Assembly: GCF_964204645.1 (NCBI RefSeq)
Contig: NC_134031.1
Coordinates: 7,688,001-7,752,000, forward strand
DNA length: 64,000 bases
From: Tubulanus polymorphus
Lineage: Eukaryota > Animalia > Nemertea
Reading direction: 5' to 3'
Shown: positions 27,088 to 40,500 of the stretch, piece after piece
How positions within the stretch are numbered: position 1 is the first letter of the stretch
Layout: each line of letters begins with the position of its first letter
Made by a program: the position numbers and the translations under genes
The notes under the pieces: generated by a model
What the model saw: only the letters and a program-made list of their open reading frames with translations
Databases searched by the model: none
What the model was told of the DNA's origin: nothing

Positions 27088-27421
27088 AACGTGGTGTTTC
27101 CATATATATTGGTACCTAAACATATTTTTTTGCCACTATCAATGGTAAAAGTCTTACTCATTGATGTACTCTATGACTGCGGTAAGTTTCAAGATCATCA
27201 GTTTCTGTATATGTTCACCAGGGGGTGTTGAATAGTGGAGTACCATGGTATTTCCAATTCTGTAACCACAATCACAGAATTGTAGTTCACACGACATACC
27301 CCATGATTGTGCTGAGTTTCAAGGTCATTGATTACTGCGTTTGCTCACCAGAGGGTGTATCAAAATTGTCAGATTGTCAAGCATGTAGGCACCAAATAGG
27401 CATGTGTCCGTGGACCCCTAG
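27088..27421 (+). mobile_element. 5'-truncated, older copy of the HINE-like family
   Basis: Two diverged ~150-bp units ending GGCATGTGTCCGTGGACCCCTAG. Confidence 0.7.
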
Positions 27422-28198
27422 ATACCCCTACCTGAAAAACGCTTGCCATTGCTCCTTTGTTGAGTGCATTTTTCAGCTCCTGTGCAGAATGTGCTAATTC
27501 TGTGCTAAATATGTACAAGTTTTGCTCAGCACGAAATCAGCATGGCATATTCACTCGTGTGAGGGCGACTCAATGGTTTATACCGTTAAGGATGGAATAC
27601 CAGGGTTTTATACAGCCTGTGCCATAAAAAAAATTAGACCAAACCTTAGCTGTTCCTGGTTGCATTCATAACAATTTGAGGATACTATTAATGAAACCAG
27701 GGACAACTTAAGTTCAGTATCTTTTTTTTTGTGGGACAGATCTCCTCGTGTACCATAGATGCAGCTGGGTACGGTGTGGAAACAGGGTTTAAAAAATGGC
27801 CTGAATGGATGGGCCTTTTATCAAACTAAGCACACTATTTCACAACTATCAAACAATAATGGTGGTAGAGGTTGTATAATAAGGTGAAGTAGGCTTACCA
27901 TGAAGGTTTAGGTAGTTGGATGGTAAGTTTTACTCTTTCAATAGTTATTGAATCATTGTCAAGCCTATTGCGTTATCCAAAACCGAACCCAAAAGACAAA
28001 TTTTCTGGGAAATTTCCTCAACTTTCTCTAGATGCATGAACTTTCTATATGTATGTATATATATATAGATCTGTGTTTCAAGTAAACTGTGCCACTTTTT
28101 GGAATTTTGGCAGTATTTTTTATCCATTCCGTTCGTGCTTTTCATCGATGTTGAAAGAATTTTTGTACAAAATTTATTTTTTCAGGTGAACCTTTTTT

Positions 28199-29324
28199 TT
28201 AGCCCACTTGGGACTTAAGTCCCAGCGGGCTATTGCGTTCACTTTTCGTCCGTCCTTCCGTAGACCGTCCGTCCGTCCGTCCGTCCGTAGACGGAATCCA
28301 GTTATTTTGGGATGTTTTGAAGACGCTTCAAGGTAATGTCTTGATATTTGGGTTACACATGTATCTACCCTAGACACATCTTCAGCCCAAAAACTGGCCC
28401 TGTCAGATTCAAGATGGCCGACTGGCAGCCATTGTTGTTCGCCAAAATCAGCACTTTTTACACATTTTTGAACTTTTTGAGGGAAATTTTGAAGACGCTT
28501 TGATCAATTACCTTGATCTTTCGGATATATGTGAATTCCCCCAGGGCCCATCAGCATAACAAAAATTGGGTCGATCGGACTCAAGATGGCCGTCCTATGA
28601 CCTTTTTAGTGCCCAAAAATATTAATTTTGGCCAAAATTAGTCCTTTAGCTTCCTACTGGTTTATCATTTCTCATTGCAATTTGTGATGGGTATTCTTTG
28701 GAATGGGATGTTTTATACCAGAGACAGGTAGTTTTCATCAGCCAATTATGACGCAATTGGCGGCCATCTTGGTGTCAGCAGTACTCATTCATAAGTGGGA
28801 AAAAGTTTTTCCACATTATATTGATACCTAAGCGTAATTTGTTACCACAATCATTTAGAAAGTTGTAGCTCATAACGTGTTCTATGATTGTGGTGAGTTT
28901 CAAGGTCATTAGTTGTTGTATATGGCCACCAGGGGGCGTTGAATAATGCAATATCTTAGTATTTCTATATTATATTCGTATCAATGCATATTTTGTAACC
29001 ACAATCAATTGCAAAGTTGTAGCTCATGACATCATCTATGATTGTGGCAAGTTTTAAGGCCATTAGTTTTTCCATATGGTCACCAGGGGGCGTTGAATAG
29101 TAGAATAACTTAGTATTTCCATATTAAAGTGGTAACGAGGCATATTTTGTTATCACAATCAATTACAAAATCGTAGCTGTTGACATGTTCTATGATTGTG
29201 GTGAGTTTCAAGGTCATTGGATTTTGTATATGGTCACCAGGGGACGTTGAATATTGAAATTGTTAGATTGTTGAGCATTTGGAACCACTTCCCAAGTGGG
29301 CATGGTGTCCCTGGACCCCTAGTT
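28199..29324 (+). mobile_element. Second full HINE-like element of the same family
   Basis: Highly similar to 24527-25753, with the same termini, a longer (CCGT)n tract and about three internal units. Confidence 0.85.
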
Positions 29325-29650
29325 TCATTTTGGTTCAACCGATAATGACTAACTGAATATTATTATGATAATTTACTATTGCCCTGTTTGACTATTGTCA
29401 ACTGTCCTGTTTAACTTCTTCGTATTTCAACCTGATCTTGGTACTGATGCATTCTAACCTTCCTTGAATCTTTCCTTCGTTTGAAGCGGGAGGTGGGAGA
29501 GAATCTTTCTGGTGTGAATAAGCATAAACATGTTCTGGCATATCGTATTTAACTGCGAGGTATTCCCAGCATATTGGTTTGTAAAATGATGGAGGACCTG
29601 AAAAGTATGGGCCAACAGTGAAAAATGTACCAAGAAACTATGTGCTTTAA

Positions 29651-30110
29651 AGCTAGGCATACATCGACAAAGCGACTGGAGACAACTAGTTGCTAGTGAG
29701 GGAGTGCGTGGCTCATACCAATAGTTACATGTTGTCAGTCACTACTCATGCCGGTCGCTAGGTCCATAGCGCACACATCGATAGCAACTGAGATGTGTTA
29801 TCTAGCAAATATTCTTGAAAGCATCTCGAGTCACATGACAAATTGCTTTGTTTTAGTCAGTTGTTACCATGTGTTTTTGATTATGGAGCGCCCACATCGA
29901 AGGAAATGACAATAACTGAGTACAACTAGTTGCTCAAAAGTAGAACATTGGCAACTGGCTGGAACTGGAGATAGATGGACGCTAACCAGTCGTAAGCTAG
30001 CTCACATGGACACTTTGAGCAACTGATTGTATCCAGCCAGTTGCTCTCATAGGCTGAAAACTGCCCGGCAACTAGTTGTCTCCAATCGCAATGCCGATGT
30101 AGGCTAGGCT
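29651..30110. mobile_element. PIF/Harbinger-type MITE
   Basis: ~45-bp imperfect TIR containing GGAGACAACTAGTTGC, with TAA on both sides. Confidence 0.75.
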
Positions 30111-30728
30111 TAAGGGTTGTCTGAAGGTATCTTAAATGATACAAGATCAAAGCATATTTACAAATAGAGATTAAATCAACATGTTTGTTGCTGCAAGTAT
30201 GTCTATCCTTGAAAAAACCCAATTGTCACTTAAAGCCTAATTCTTTTTTTCAAGTGAGTGTGTTAATCATGTTTTGTCTCTGTACTACCAGATCTCTCAG
30301 GAATTGTATCTGTGATCTCCTGGCGAACTGCGTTACACTAGGTATGACAAGCTATCTTGTCACCAGTAGTGTTCATGTTGCTTGTTGATTCAACATTCAG
30401 TGAGACTTAGACTCTGTATAACTCGAATTTCCTCTGACCATCTGATTTCGTCTGAAGTGCGGGATTTCTGGATTCTAATATCTGAGTTTCAATACTAATC
30501 TTATCGATTTAGAGATCATTTTAGAACTGAGCAAGACGATATACCAAGTTTGACGGATACGTGATATGCAGAGTCTAATGAAAATGTTCTCAAGGGACAT
30601 TTTCTTGAAGACATGAATACCGTCCTCTGTTTTTGTATGGAACTTTCGAATCCAATAGATTGTTGTACACATCATTTTCAATAATGAATGATATCTTGAT
30701 ATTTTTATAAATGTATTTATTTTTACAG

Positions 30729-30823
30729 ATTGGTGACCAGACGGGGCAAGCTACTGCCCAGATGAATCTGGCTGATCTAAAAACAGTACTTGGAATAAAT
30801 AGCGATGTTACTGATAGTTTTAG
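30729..30823 (+). CDS. GPSM2: GPSM2 homolog exon, end of TPR region
   Basis: IGDQTGQATAQMNLADLKTVLG; TTACAG/GTAGGC, phase 0 to phase 2. Confidence 0.9.
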
Positions 30824-31764
30824 GTAGGCATCAACCCTGGAAAGTTTAGGCATTTATTTCAGTTGATCAGGTGCGTGCTTTGAAATATAGACATTGATGG
30901 TTCTTCGAAAAAGGCCATTAACCGTCAATGCTTTTTGGGCAAATTCTTTAATCTATATTATGATCCAATGATGACTACAAATTATATAGCATTTTCTGTT
31001 TTCCTGTTCTGAAATCTGGTTGGTAAATTCTAAGGAATATATATAAAGTCAATGTTGAAGTATCGGGCCTTAAAATCGCTGAACTTTTAGTATACATTGT
31101 AGTTGGAGTAGAGGTAGTAAAGCATCGCCCTACAGCTAATTACCTGTTAGAGCTATGCACCTATGTATCGCTGGTCAGGGAGGCTGAAACAGCAGTGTAT
31201 CCATTACAGCCATGATCCATTGCATCCATTGATCAGGTGATGAGGGTGCTGGAAATAATGGTTGATTTATTCCTGCAGGCACAGGCATGTTCTCTCTTGG
31301 TTGCAGGACTCTCTAATGGGATGGGACTCTCAGAGACCACATAAGTTTAAAACCCTGTGGTTTCCACAGGTATTTCATGAGTATGATTATAATTCAATTT
31401 TCAGTTTATTACTACATGTCCCCTGATTGATGATTGAGTTTCAAATTTTTCATTGGACGAGCCCTCATTCCACAGATCTGATGCACGGCGAGTTAGCTTG
31501 GCACCTGAGGAAGAAAAATGCTAAGACGGACCGGCAACAAGCCACATGGTGGATCCCTGATTGCCGCAGTAGCATTGCCAGTTCGGAGGCTTTGTGATAG
31601 GAGTGTTTTTACATATGGGTTTCACCGTAAAATTGTGTCGTTTTCCCCTAGCATTTGGGACAACTTGCTTGAAGCGCGTGCAAGAAATGAACGGGTCGAG
31701 GGGTGTCTAAATATATTTCAAGTTGACAATTAGATTTTATCGTGTCATTATTGATATATCGTAG

Positions 31765-31882
31765 TTTGAACACTGCTGATCGAAGTAGCATGTCATCATC
31801 CATCACCGAAACGGACGATGCCAAATTACAAAGACGAAGAAGTATGGAAAACTTAGAACTGATGAAACTCACGCCAGACAAG
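31765..31882 (+). CDS. GPSM2: GPSM2 homolog exon, linker with conserved phosphoserine motif
   Basis: RRRSMENLELMKLTPDK matches the LGN linker RRHSMENMELMKLTP; CGTAG/GTATTA. Confidence 0.9.
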
Positions 31883-32921
31883 GTATTATTGGTTACCATT
31901 ATATAGGAATGAAATATCAAAACTTCTTTTCATGAAGAAATTTTCTATGTACAATTGTTTATTGAAAGTACCCCCCCCCCCCATCATTCTAAGGGTAAAA
32001 TTCAATGTCACTGCGGAGATTTAACTGAAGATTTCTTAAACATTGTCATACTCAAGCTCTGAGATATCTTCCTGGCCAAATACATATGGGGACCTGATTA
32101 CATATCCTCACCTTTGAATGCAATTATTCACCATCATCATTTTCTTCTGTGGGTGAGCTACTGGGCAATCGACCCTTTATCTTTTTTATTCATATTGGAA
32201 AAAAGCTTATTTTGTGTAATTTAATGGCACCAGTTTCATATAAAATTTTCCTCAAAATGGGCAACTGACAACCGTTTTTGTTCAGGGGTTATGGGGATGT
32301 AAAATATGTGGAAAAGGTTTTTTGCCGCAATTGTTTTTATTCATGCATAGATTATGCAAATAAGCCCTTGATGGGAAAATCAAGAGCCTCCAAACTGTTA
32401 GATTCACCCCAAATTTCCACAGCATAGTGACAATGATTTCTGATTCAACAGACTTTAGATGCATTATGGAAAATACAAATATCTCCTCAACTGCACATTT
32501 TCTGGGCTCAGTTTCAAAATTTTACTTTTTGAATTGTGATACGATATTTAAGAAAACTCTGGTGTCTTTGCCAATTTGATATTCATCGACAAAATATTTT
32601 TCTGACTACAAAATCAAGGATCAATAAATCAAGATGAATTGAAGCTAGTTGATTCGCTAATTGTAGACTGTTCTGTTGCATTCCGAGAAATTGGGGGTAA
32701 GCAGCAGCCTTGATAAGGTCTATGTCCATTTTAATCGATTTTGACTCAACTCTGTGGAGTCCAAGAATAGATAAAAACTCACATTTTTGTTATCTTGAAA
32801 ATCGAAGCAAAATAAAGATTTTAATAGTTGCGTCTATTATCGTATTTTGGCTGTACCTGGATACTCTTCCTAAACTCATTCATAAATGTATCTTTCAATA
32901 AGCAATGCTCCTTTTTTAAAG

Positions 32922-33086
32922 CTTTTAGATGACCGACAGAATGTAACGAATGGAGCCCGTCCTAAACTCAAAGCCCGGATGCAGAAAGCGGCGTCTGTTG
33001 CCGGACCGGATATAGACGGACCTAAGGTAAACAAAAGTCAGTTTATCCGAGCAGCGACAGTATCAGTGACTGATGTCAAACAAAGG
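32922..33086 (+). CDS. GPSM2: GPSM2 homolog linker exon; alternative donors after 33026 or 33086
   Basis: LLDDRQNVTNGARPKLKARMQKAASVAGPDIDGPK(VNK...KQR). In frame only via the AAG acceptor ending 32921; both donors are phase 0. Confidence 0.65.
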
Positions 33087-33387
33087 GTAAGCTGGCCATA
33101 TGTGCAGTGAACGATGAAATCTTGAAATTCTCCCCACCACATTCATTGCATGATGCAACTTTTTAAAAGGTTTCTTGTCTTTTCTGTCCTCTAAACATCT
33201 TTCGTCGCTTATTGTCAGTGAATCTATCAGTGACCACTTTCGTGTCATGGTGGGTCTGCAGTTTGTCTTCGGTGTTGAACTCGGCAAGTTCAGTAGTCGA
33301 CCTAAACTTCCATTGGTTTAGTTAGTTTCAAGGCCCTTGACATCATCGAGTGCTGGACACAACGCAGTAAAATTGAGATTGTGACAC

Positions 33388-34179
33388 CAGGGGTGTCACT
33401 AGAATTTTTTTAAGGGGGATTAGAATTAATACTAGTGGAACTGTATGCCATTCTTTGCAACATATCCGCCAATTGTCGAAGGCAAACAAGCATTTCTGAA
33501 TCCTTGAAATTGCTCGAATGTTCTTAACCCTTTCAGTGCGTCTACACCGCAGTGCGGTGTATGAATCAGTGATGGATTTTGCTAGTACACCGCACTGCAG
33601 TGTATTGATTTAATTAGTAATTACTAATTATCTCTATTGAAAGTAGGCAGCACCTGTCAAACATAGTGAAATATTAGTAACTAACGATATACCGCGCCAG
33701 GGTGTAGACGCACTATAGTGGTATTCCCGTTATTCAAAACACTAGGGTGGAATTTTTAAGAATTTTCAAATAATCTTCAGCACTATAGGGTATTAATTAG
33801 CCAGCACTGAAAGGGTTAAATAGTCTTAATTTTTGAAATTCGAATCTTAAGGGGGAATTTTTTTTACCGCTTAACCTAATAGACCGCATAATAGTATGTC
33901 GACGTTCCACTTGTTTCTCCGCATAACGTCCTCCAACGTCCGCTGTACTATAGCGCCACCTATGTAGTTTGAGGGGGTCAAAGGTCAAACTTTTGACCAA
34001 AAATCGACCAAATCTATACAGCAATAGAAAGCCTGTATAATTATCTTCAAAATAACCAATGGTTGGTATGCATCATGTTCAGTAGTTTTTCAAAATGTGA
34101 AAAAAACAATATTTGGAACTAAAAAAAGGCAGAAATTGTAGATCGTCTGCACCCCTGAACCCCCTCTGGTGACACCATG
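33388..34179. mobile_element. hAT-like MITE hosting the piggyBac-like MITE
   Basis: Ends CAGGGGTGTCACTAGA and TCTGGTGACACCATG. Confidence 0.55.
33528..33815. mobile_element. piggyBac-like MITE
   Basis: TTAA|CCCTTTCAGTGC...GCACTGAAAGGG|TTAA. Related copies lie at ~48910-49185 (inverted) and ~46633-47130 (interrupted). Confidence 0.85.
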
Positions 34180-36363
34180 GAAACTTCAATGTCTGTCAAA
34201 AAACCTCAAATTTATTCCAATCATTAAAAGTTTAGAAAAAGTCAACTTAAGGGCATTGCTAAAAAACAATAATAAAAAACATACCACATGAACAATGAGA
34301 GCACAAACATTTATTGCTGCCACCACACAGAAAATAAGGGATCATGTAATGAGAAAAAATTCACAACATTCAACACTTCATTATAAACAAATAATCTCCT
34401 GAGATAGCTTCTGACCCCCCTTATCTAAAGGAATTTCCAACTCCTTAAATGATATCAACAAAAATACCATATGAAGGGGACTGTATCTTCTATTCTATAC
34501 CTTGAAGCAAAATGGTAATACAGATATAGTCAAAAGTGCAGATGTTCAGATGGTCATTTCCATTCAACGGGGGTTTGAATCGCACTATTTCCCGCAGAAA
34601 AATTCCATTCTATATTTCTATCCACGATTTGGGTTTAGGAGCACTGTCAGAGTTTCACCATTTCACCTGCTCCGGGTACTGGGTAGACCCCAGGCACCGA
34701 ACCAGGACTGGTCTCGTCACATCAGACACCCGGCACTTGTATCCGAGATCCCAATCCTGATTCCCGGTCCCTGTCATCAGTCAGGGGTAGTATCGGCGAG
34801 TGCCGGATAATCTAAATTCTCTGATTCGGATCCTCTCTTTCGAATGTACAAATTTAAATTCCACAAGTTGAAATTTATGAAGTAGTCATAGTTTTCATTC
34901 AAAAGCTTGAAAATCTGTCTTTCCCATAGTCTGAGTTTTTGTTAGTCGTGGAAATTCTTGCTATCCAAAACATGGATTTACTGTACAGTTTCCTTAGTGA
35001 TAATGGAATAACAGTCCCCCAACAAGATCAAACCAAAAAATCCATAAGATCCAGTTAAAAGACCAAACCCAACTTGAAAAAACTACTGGGTACATGAAAC
35101 AATTATGATACAGATTACCACAAAAAAGGATATACAACTCCAGAAAAACAGGATAAAAGATGGGCTGAAATTTGCAAAGTGTTTTGTGGCTAGATTCATG
35201 ATGTTTCTCATTGAATATAGTCTTTCTTCAATTGATTTGTCATGATACTATAAATTCAAAACGAGTAAGATCGAAGAAAGATTCATAGCTTTTATTGATA
35301 AGCACCAAATAAATGACATTTTGATAAGATGCTATTCGGAAAGGGCATAAATGATAAGACTGGTACCCAAGTCTATAGACTGTCTCTATTATACACCCCA
35401 TGTCAAAGGGCAATATATTGTAAATGAATTAGCTGGTTTTGATTTGAATTTTGTCAATCGTTTCGTTTTATTTTTCCGCAACTATCTTATGGTCTTTCTC
35501 TGGCAAAAAAGCATTGCTCTATGTTCTTCCCTGCACATTGTCCAGCTTTTCCTTTGCATATTGTGTTTTGAGTTGTTCGTAAGCCGATTCTTCTTCGATA
35601 TGAAATGACCTGTTTTGTTGCAGTTGTGCGAAAATGTTTGCTGATTTTGCATGCAAATGTTTTCCTCTCGTACATTGATGACTGAAGTGCCATCTCGAAT
35701 GCGAAACACGAACTATCGTATACTACTGTAGTGACACAGCCGAGAGATCCAGCATAATCCCAATAAAAAATCTGTTCATATGAATAAATTCAACATTACT
35801 TTTATTCATACGTGATTTACTTCGAAATTGATAATCAATGAATTATCATACCCATGCTTATTCACTGAGGTTTGTTCTGAATAAGGAGTTTATTGACACC
35901 TTTTTGGAAAATTCAATGAATCTATTTTTTAAATTTTCATTTACATACACCGTGAACGATCCAGTAATCGTGAATCATTTGCCGTGCATTGGTTGGAATA
36001 ATTATAATTTATATAGTGGAGGGTGTTCGGTGGAAATTAATGAGGTCATGCACCTGGGAATCTGAAATAAAACCATATATAGATAGATACCATATACACT
36101 GTGCATACTAAGTACACATATGCCAATTGTTAATGAGGTATCTATGGCTGACTCATTGTAGTAGTTATGAAATTGCTTTTTTCACCTCGTTCACGTTATG
36201 CAGAAAATACATATGAACTAATCATTTAAGTATATCGAATTTCATTAAAAAGTAATCATGCGAGTGATACATTTTTGATAATTTTTCTGCATTGCTTGTT
36301 CTTGGTTCATGTGAAGTGAGAATTTCGTGAATAATTGAAGTGATATACTTATGTGCTGTGCAG

Positions 36364-36496
36364 GTACTCAGCGCGGAGTCCGATGAAGACAATTTCATGG
36401 AGATGATCGCAAAATTTCAAAGCCGTCGTATGGAGGATCAACGTTGCTCATTCCGACTGTTACAGAGTGCCAGTCGTCAGGATTCGACAGAAAAAG
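36364..36496 (+). CDS. GPSM2: GPSM2 homolog exon, GoLoco 1
   Basis: DEDNFMEMIAKFQSRRMEDQRC; TGCAG/GTTAGT (phase 1). Confidence 0.92.
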
Positions 36497-36571
36497 GTTA
36501 GTAGATTTTTTAAACATAATTACTCTTTCACATTTTGCCCGTATGAAGACTTAAGTAAACTAAGTAACTTA

Positions 36572-37151
36572 AGCCTAACTTAAGTCATAAATCCAACCCG
36601 ATTGTCAGATTTTAAGGCATTGGCAACCAGTCGCCAATTTTTCAGTCGGGGAATTTTTGCGACATGAGCGTACTAAGATCATAACGACTGATCAGTCGTA
36701 AGCACAATTGAATATACTTACGTAGATTCATCTATCCAGGAAGGTAATGAATTCAAAATCATTTTAACGACTTAACTCTGAAAGTGACGTCACTATCGTG
36801 ATCCAGACGGTAGTGACTGTTGAAGTCGAAAGGCTTGATATAAGTCTCTACCTATCGTATTCAGAGTAAAGTGTAAAAATGATTTTGATTTAGGCACAAT
36901 CATTAGGATCGTACATGTTCAAATTCATACCACAATCGGAGCTAATCTTTTGTGACCTGAGTGAACTTACGACCGATCGTAAGATCATAACCAATGAACA
37001 GCGACATCGCACGGACTAGAGCATCCGATTCAAAATTATCGTGCATCTCAAGTGACCTGAGTGAAGCTGATATCAGTCAGACAAATGAGTCTTGGCCAAG
37101 GCGGCGACTTGAACTCGCGACATAGGATTGGATCTTCGTGCGAGTTAGGCT
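36572..37151. mobile_element. Harbinger-like MITE carrying a nested ~140-bp foldback (about 36752-36890)
   Basis: AGCCTAACT...AGTTAGGCT ends in TTA/TAA context; inner IR TCAAAATCATTTT...AAAATGATTTTGA. Confidence 0.65.
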
Positions 37152-37371
37152 TAAGTGACGGCAAACTGTACCTGCTAAAATAATTATCATAAAGACATTC
37201 TCAGGTGTCAAGGAAAAAAAATTGCATGTACCGGTAGATAGATTTTAATATTGTGTTCTCATTGACAAAAAGATGAAAAGAATCAGAATCTATAATGTGT
37301 GGGGGCCATGTTTAATTTTTTTTTTCTCAATACAGTTGTTGTATTGCATTTTATATGAAATTGTATTGCAG

Positions 37372-37559
37372 CCAATAAACAGACTGAAGATTTCCTCGAC
37401 ATGGTCGCAGGGATACAAGGTTCACGAATGAACGATCAACGGGCTGAATTACCATTGTTCCCTGGTCTCCACGCCAGTGACGCTGTCAGGGAACTACTGC
37501 GTGAAAAGAAAGATAGCCACCCGGACGATGCGTTTTTTGAAATGTTAATGCGATGTCAG
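37372..37559 (+). CDS. GPSM2: GPSM2 homolog exon, GoLoco 2 and first half of GoLoco 3
   Basis: TEDFLDMVAGIQGSRMNDQR...PDDAFFEMLMRCQ; TTGCAG/GTAAGA. Confidence 0.93.
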
Positions 37560-40500
37560 GTAAGAAGACAATTTCATGTATCGAGAATTTCAAGTTCACT
37601 AAAATCAATCAATTAAAGTCGAGTGGAAGTTAACTTGCGGCCACTTGCAAAGTGATCAGTTGCAACAGGTCACAAATGGCCGCGCACAGGTCAACTGCGA
37701 CCAGGAGAGACGTTTATGTCGCATCGCAGATAGTGGAATGTGTGGGTCTCATTGTGGCTGGCAGTTGCTAGGGCGCATAGATGGACGGGTCGTTGTTTAC
37801 TGGCGGAGAATTACGTCACAACTAGTCAAAAGCAGTTGCAAGGTCACCCTACACTACATGTATATTATCATAAATGTAGTTACAACAGCTGACTCGAGTC
37901 ATCATGTTTATTGAAATGTTTTTCAATATAATGTCTCTTCTTTTACGAAATAGCGTCTCGATAAACGGTGTTTATCAGTCACTAAACAGGCCAGAAAATG
38001 CTACTCTTTTGTGTGTGACTAGCAAATACTAGATCACACAGATCCCAGTTTCAGGACAAGCGCTGAAATAGATTGAAGCTTCATTATTGAAATGGAAGAG
38101 AGAACTAACGATGAAGCGGTCTGGTTTCTGAATGATCAAATGTAATCCTGCTTGTACACATACAGTGAATCTATATCATTGATAGCGGTAACTCAATGGT
38201 TACTGTATGCACATTCGTGATTGTCTGCATCCTGATAGGTATCTATCTGTCTGAACTGGTACCGTGGCTATCACGTTTGTCGAAAAAGATTGTGTGGTCC
38301 AATAAACATTTATAAAAATTTCACTATATATGTTGCATTAACGACCTATAAGGTTACATCACAAATCTAGTACAACATACACTCACTGTGTAGCTCAAGT
38401 GGTAAAGCGGTAACAGTCAGATGAGAAATTTGGCTCTCGCATAGGGAATCCATTTTTCTAGAAACCTTTGTGTTTCTTTTTACTACATGTACTTAGTTTT
38501 GACAACCTCTGCTATCCGATCTGAGTTCTTTTCGGCGAAGGACCCAATCTCCACAGGAACATGTTCTCCAGGAGGTTACCCACGTTATCAGAGATAAAAT
38601 AGTGTTTATATATTCCAAAATGCCCTACTAAATTCACGGGCAAGGAATTGAAAATGTTCTAATTCCAAGCTCACAAAAAAGGTGTTTTCTGCGGGTATCT
38701 CATTAGTAATTAAACGAGGATGAGAGTGAGGGCGGCGGGAGGTAGGATAAGACTGGCAATCATATTGAGCGTACGGTTATCTGAGACAGATGTAATTACA
38801 TAGTGATTACTATTGATAGATTATTACTAATCAATCAAGTGTTCGTCGGATGGAAGAAAGTCGGCAACTGGCGAGGATAGATTGATAGATTCTATTACAT
38901 CGATTCTTGAGTGTTTTATTGACATTTATCTCTGAACCTCTCTTAAGTCTATCTGCAAGAATAGCTACGACAGACAAGGATTTCAAATGATGAGAAATTT
39001 TGTCTTATTGAAATTATCTATTCTTAATGTCCCTTCCACTTGTAGAATTAACTGCCTAGTCGTCTTAATATCTGGTCCATCAAAACTTGGCGAATTGTCT
39101 TCGAAATGAAGTTTCATTCGAATTTTATCATAACTTTTACTAGCAAAATACCATCCCACAGGACAGGTAGAAATCGCTGAAATACCAACAGAAGGGAGTA
39201 GCTGCATTGCTTCTTTGCCACAGAACTGACCATTTGTGATGTTAACAACTGTTCATCTTGTTATCGTAATTGTTTCGGTGTGCATGCAGTGATGTACAAA
39301 ATGCTTGAAAAATTTTAGTTCCTTAGAACATTCTACACATATTCTCGGTGATGTATGCCAAATTTGATGAACATAAAACATTCTTCCTCACAGTTTATTA
39401 TTGCAGTATGATATGTTTAGGTTATGTTCATAAATCTGGTACTTCAGTGAATGCGTAACCAACAGTGTTGTGAATGGCAGCATGTTCTTGCCGTTGGATA
39501 AATAGCCGCACGGATTGAATTCTGCAATCACAGGACAGGGCTTAGTACTACGATTCGGACAATAAACTCAATAAGGAATCATCGCTTCCAAGTAACAGAC
39601 CCATGAATGCAGAAAACCTGTTATCGTTGCTTTGCAGCCATATTTATCATTTTCTTATTGTGGTGAGATAGACAGTTCAACGGTCAAAGGCAATGAGGAT
39701 TTGATCTGGATGGTTGATATTTGATGAAAGTCTACGACGTGCAGATGCAGTCTGCTTCTCGAGACATGTGTCACCATCCTAAATTCAATAATTCGCCAAA
39801 CTATGCATATCTTTTTGTCAGACTTAACGTTTGATGCTCTTCAGACGATGTACGCGTGGATTCGTACGTCCTTTCAAGTTGAAGATGCGAATGAGTAGAA
39901 GTAGCGGTATTCGCTATTGCCCGGTGTAAAGTATTGATTTGAATTCCGATGATGATTATTGATTTATATTATCCACGCGTACGTATTAGATCATGCCAAT
40001 ATACACAAATAGTCGAGGGCCATGACCTGATCTAAATCACTGCAATTCTCGGCCCAAAAAGCCCGATCTGGCATGTAGCGTCCCTAGAATATTGCGTAGT
40101 TAGCGAAATACGAGACATTGTTAATCACAGCTGTTGGAATGATCCACTCTAAATGTCATCAAATTTATTTATTCAATGCACACTGGTATAACAGATGTAA
40201 AAATTTTAAAATCACTTCAATATGACAACTGACAATGGGGACGATAAATTTGATGTTACTGCAAATTTTTTAAAAATTCATCTCCGTAAAAAAAGACTGT
40301 AAATAGCGTGAAATAAACATGAAACAGATACAATTTTTGTGACTGCGCATCTTCTGAAACAAGAAACAATTCATGGAAATAATGTTTCGATTGCTACGCG
40401 CACTATTTCAGAGGAGGTTAACAAGCAAAACCACCAGTCAGGGAGCTGAACCCGTTTGTCTTACATTTCATGTTAATTTTTGGCACCATTTATTTTCCGT

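Noticed and set aside
38983-39260. Protein-like - strand ORF; similar ones at 54626-54874 and 55306-55542
   Set aside because: Short, with no recognisable domain and no consistent splice chain.
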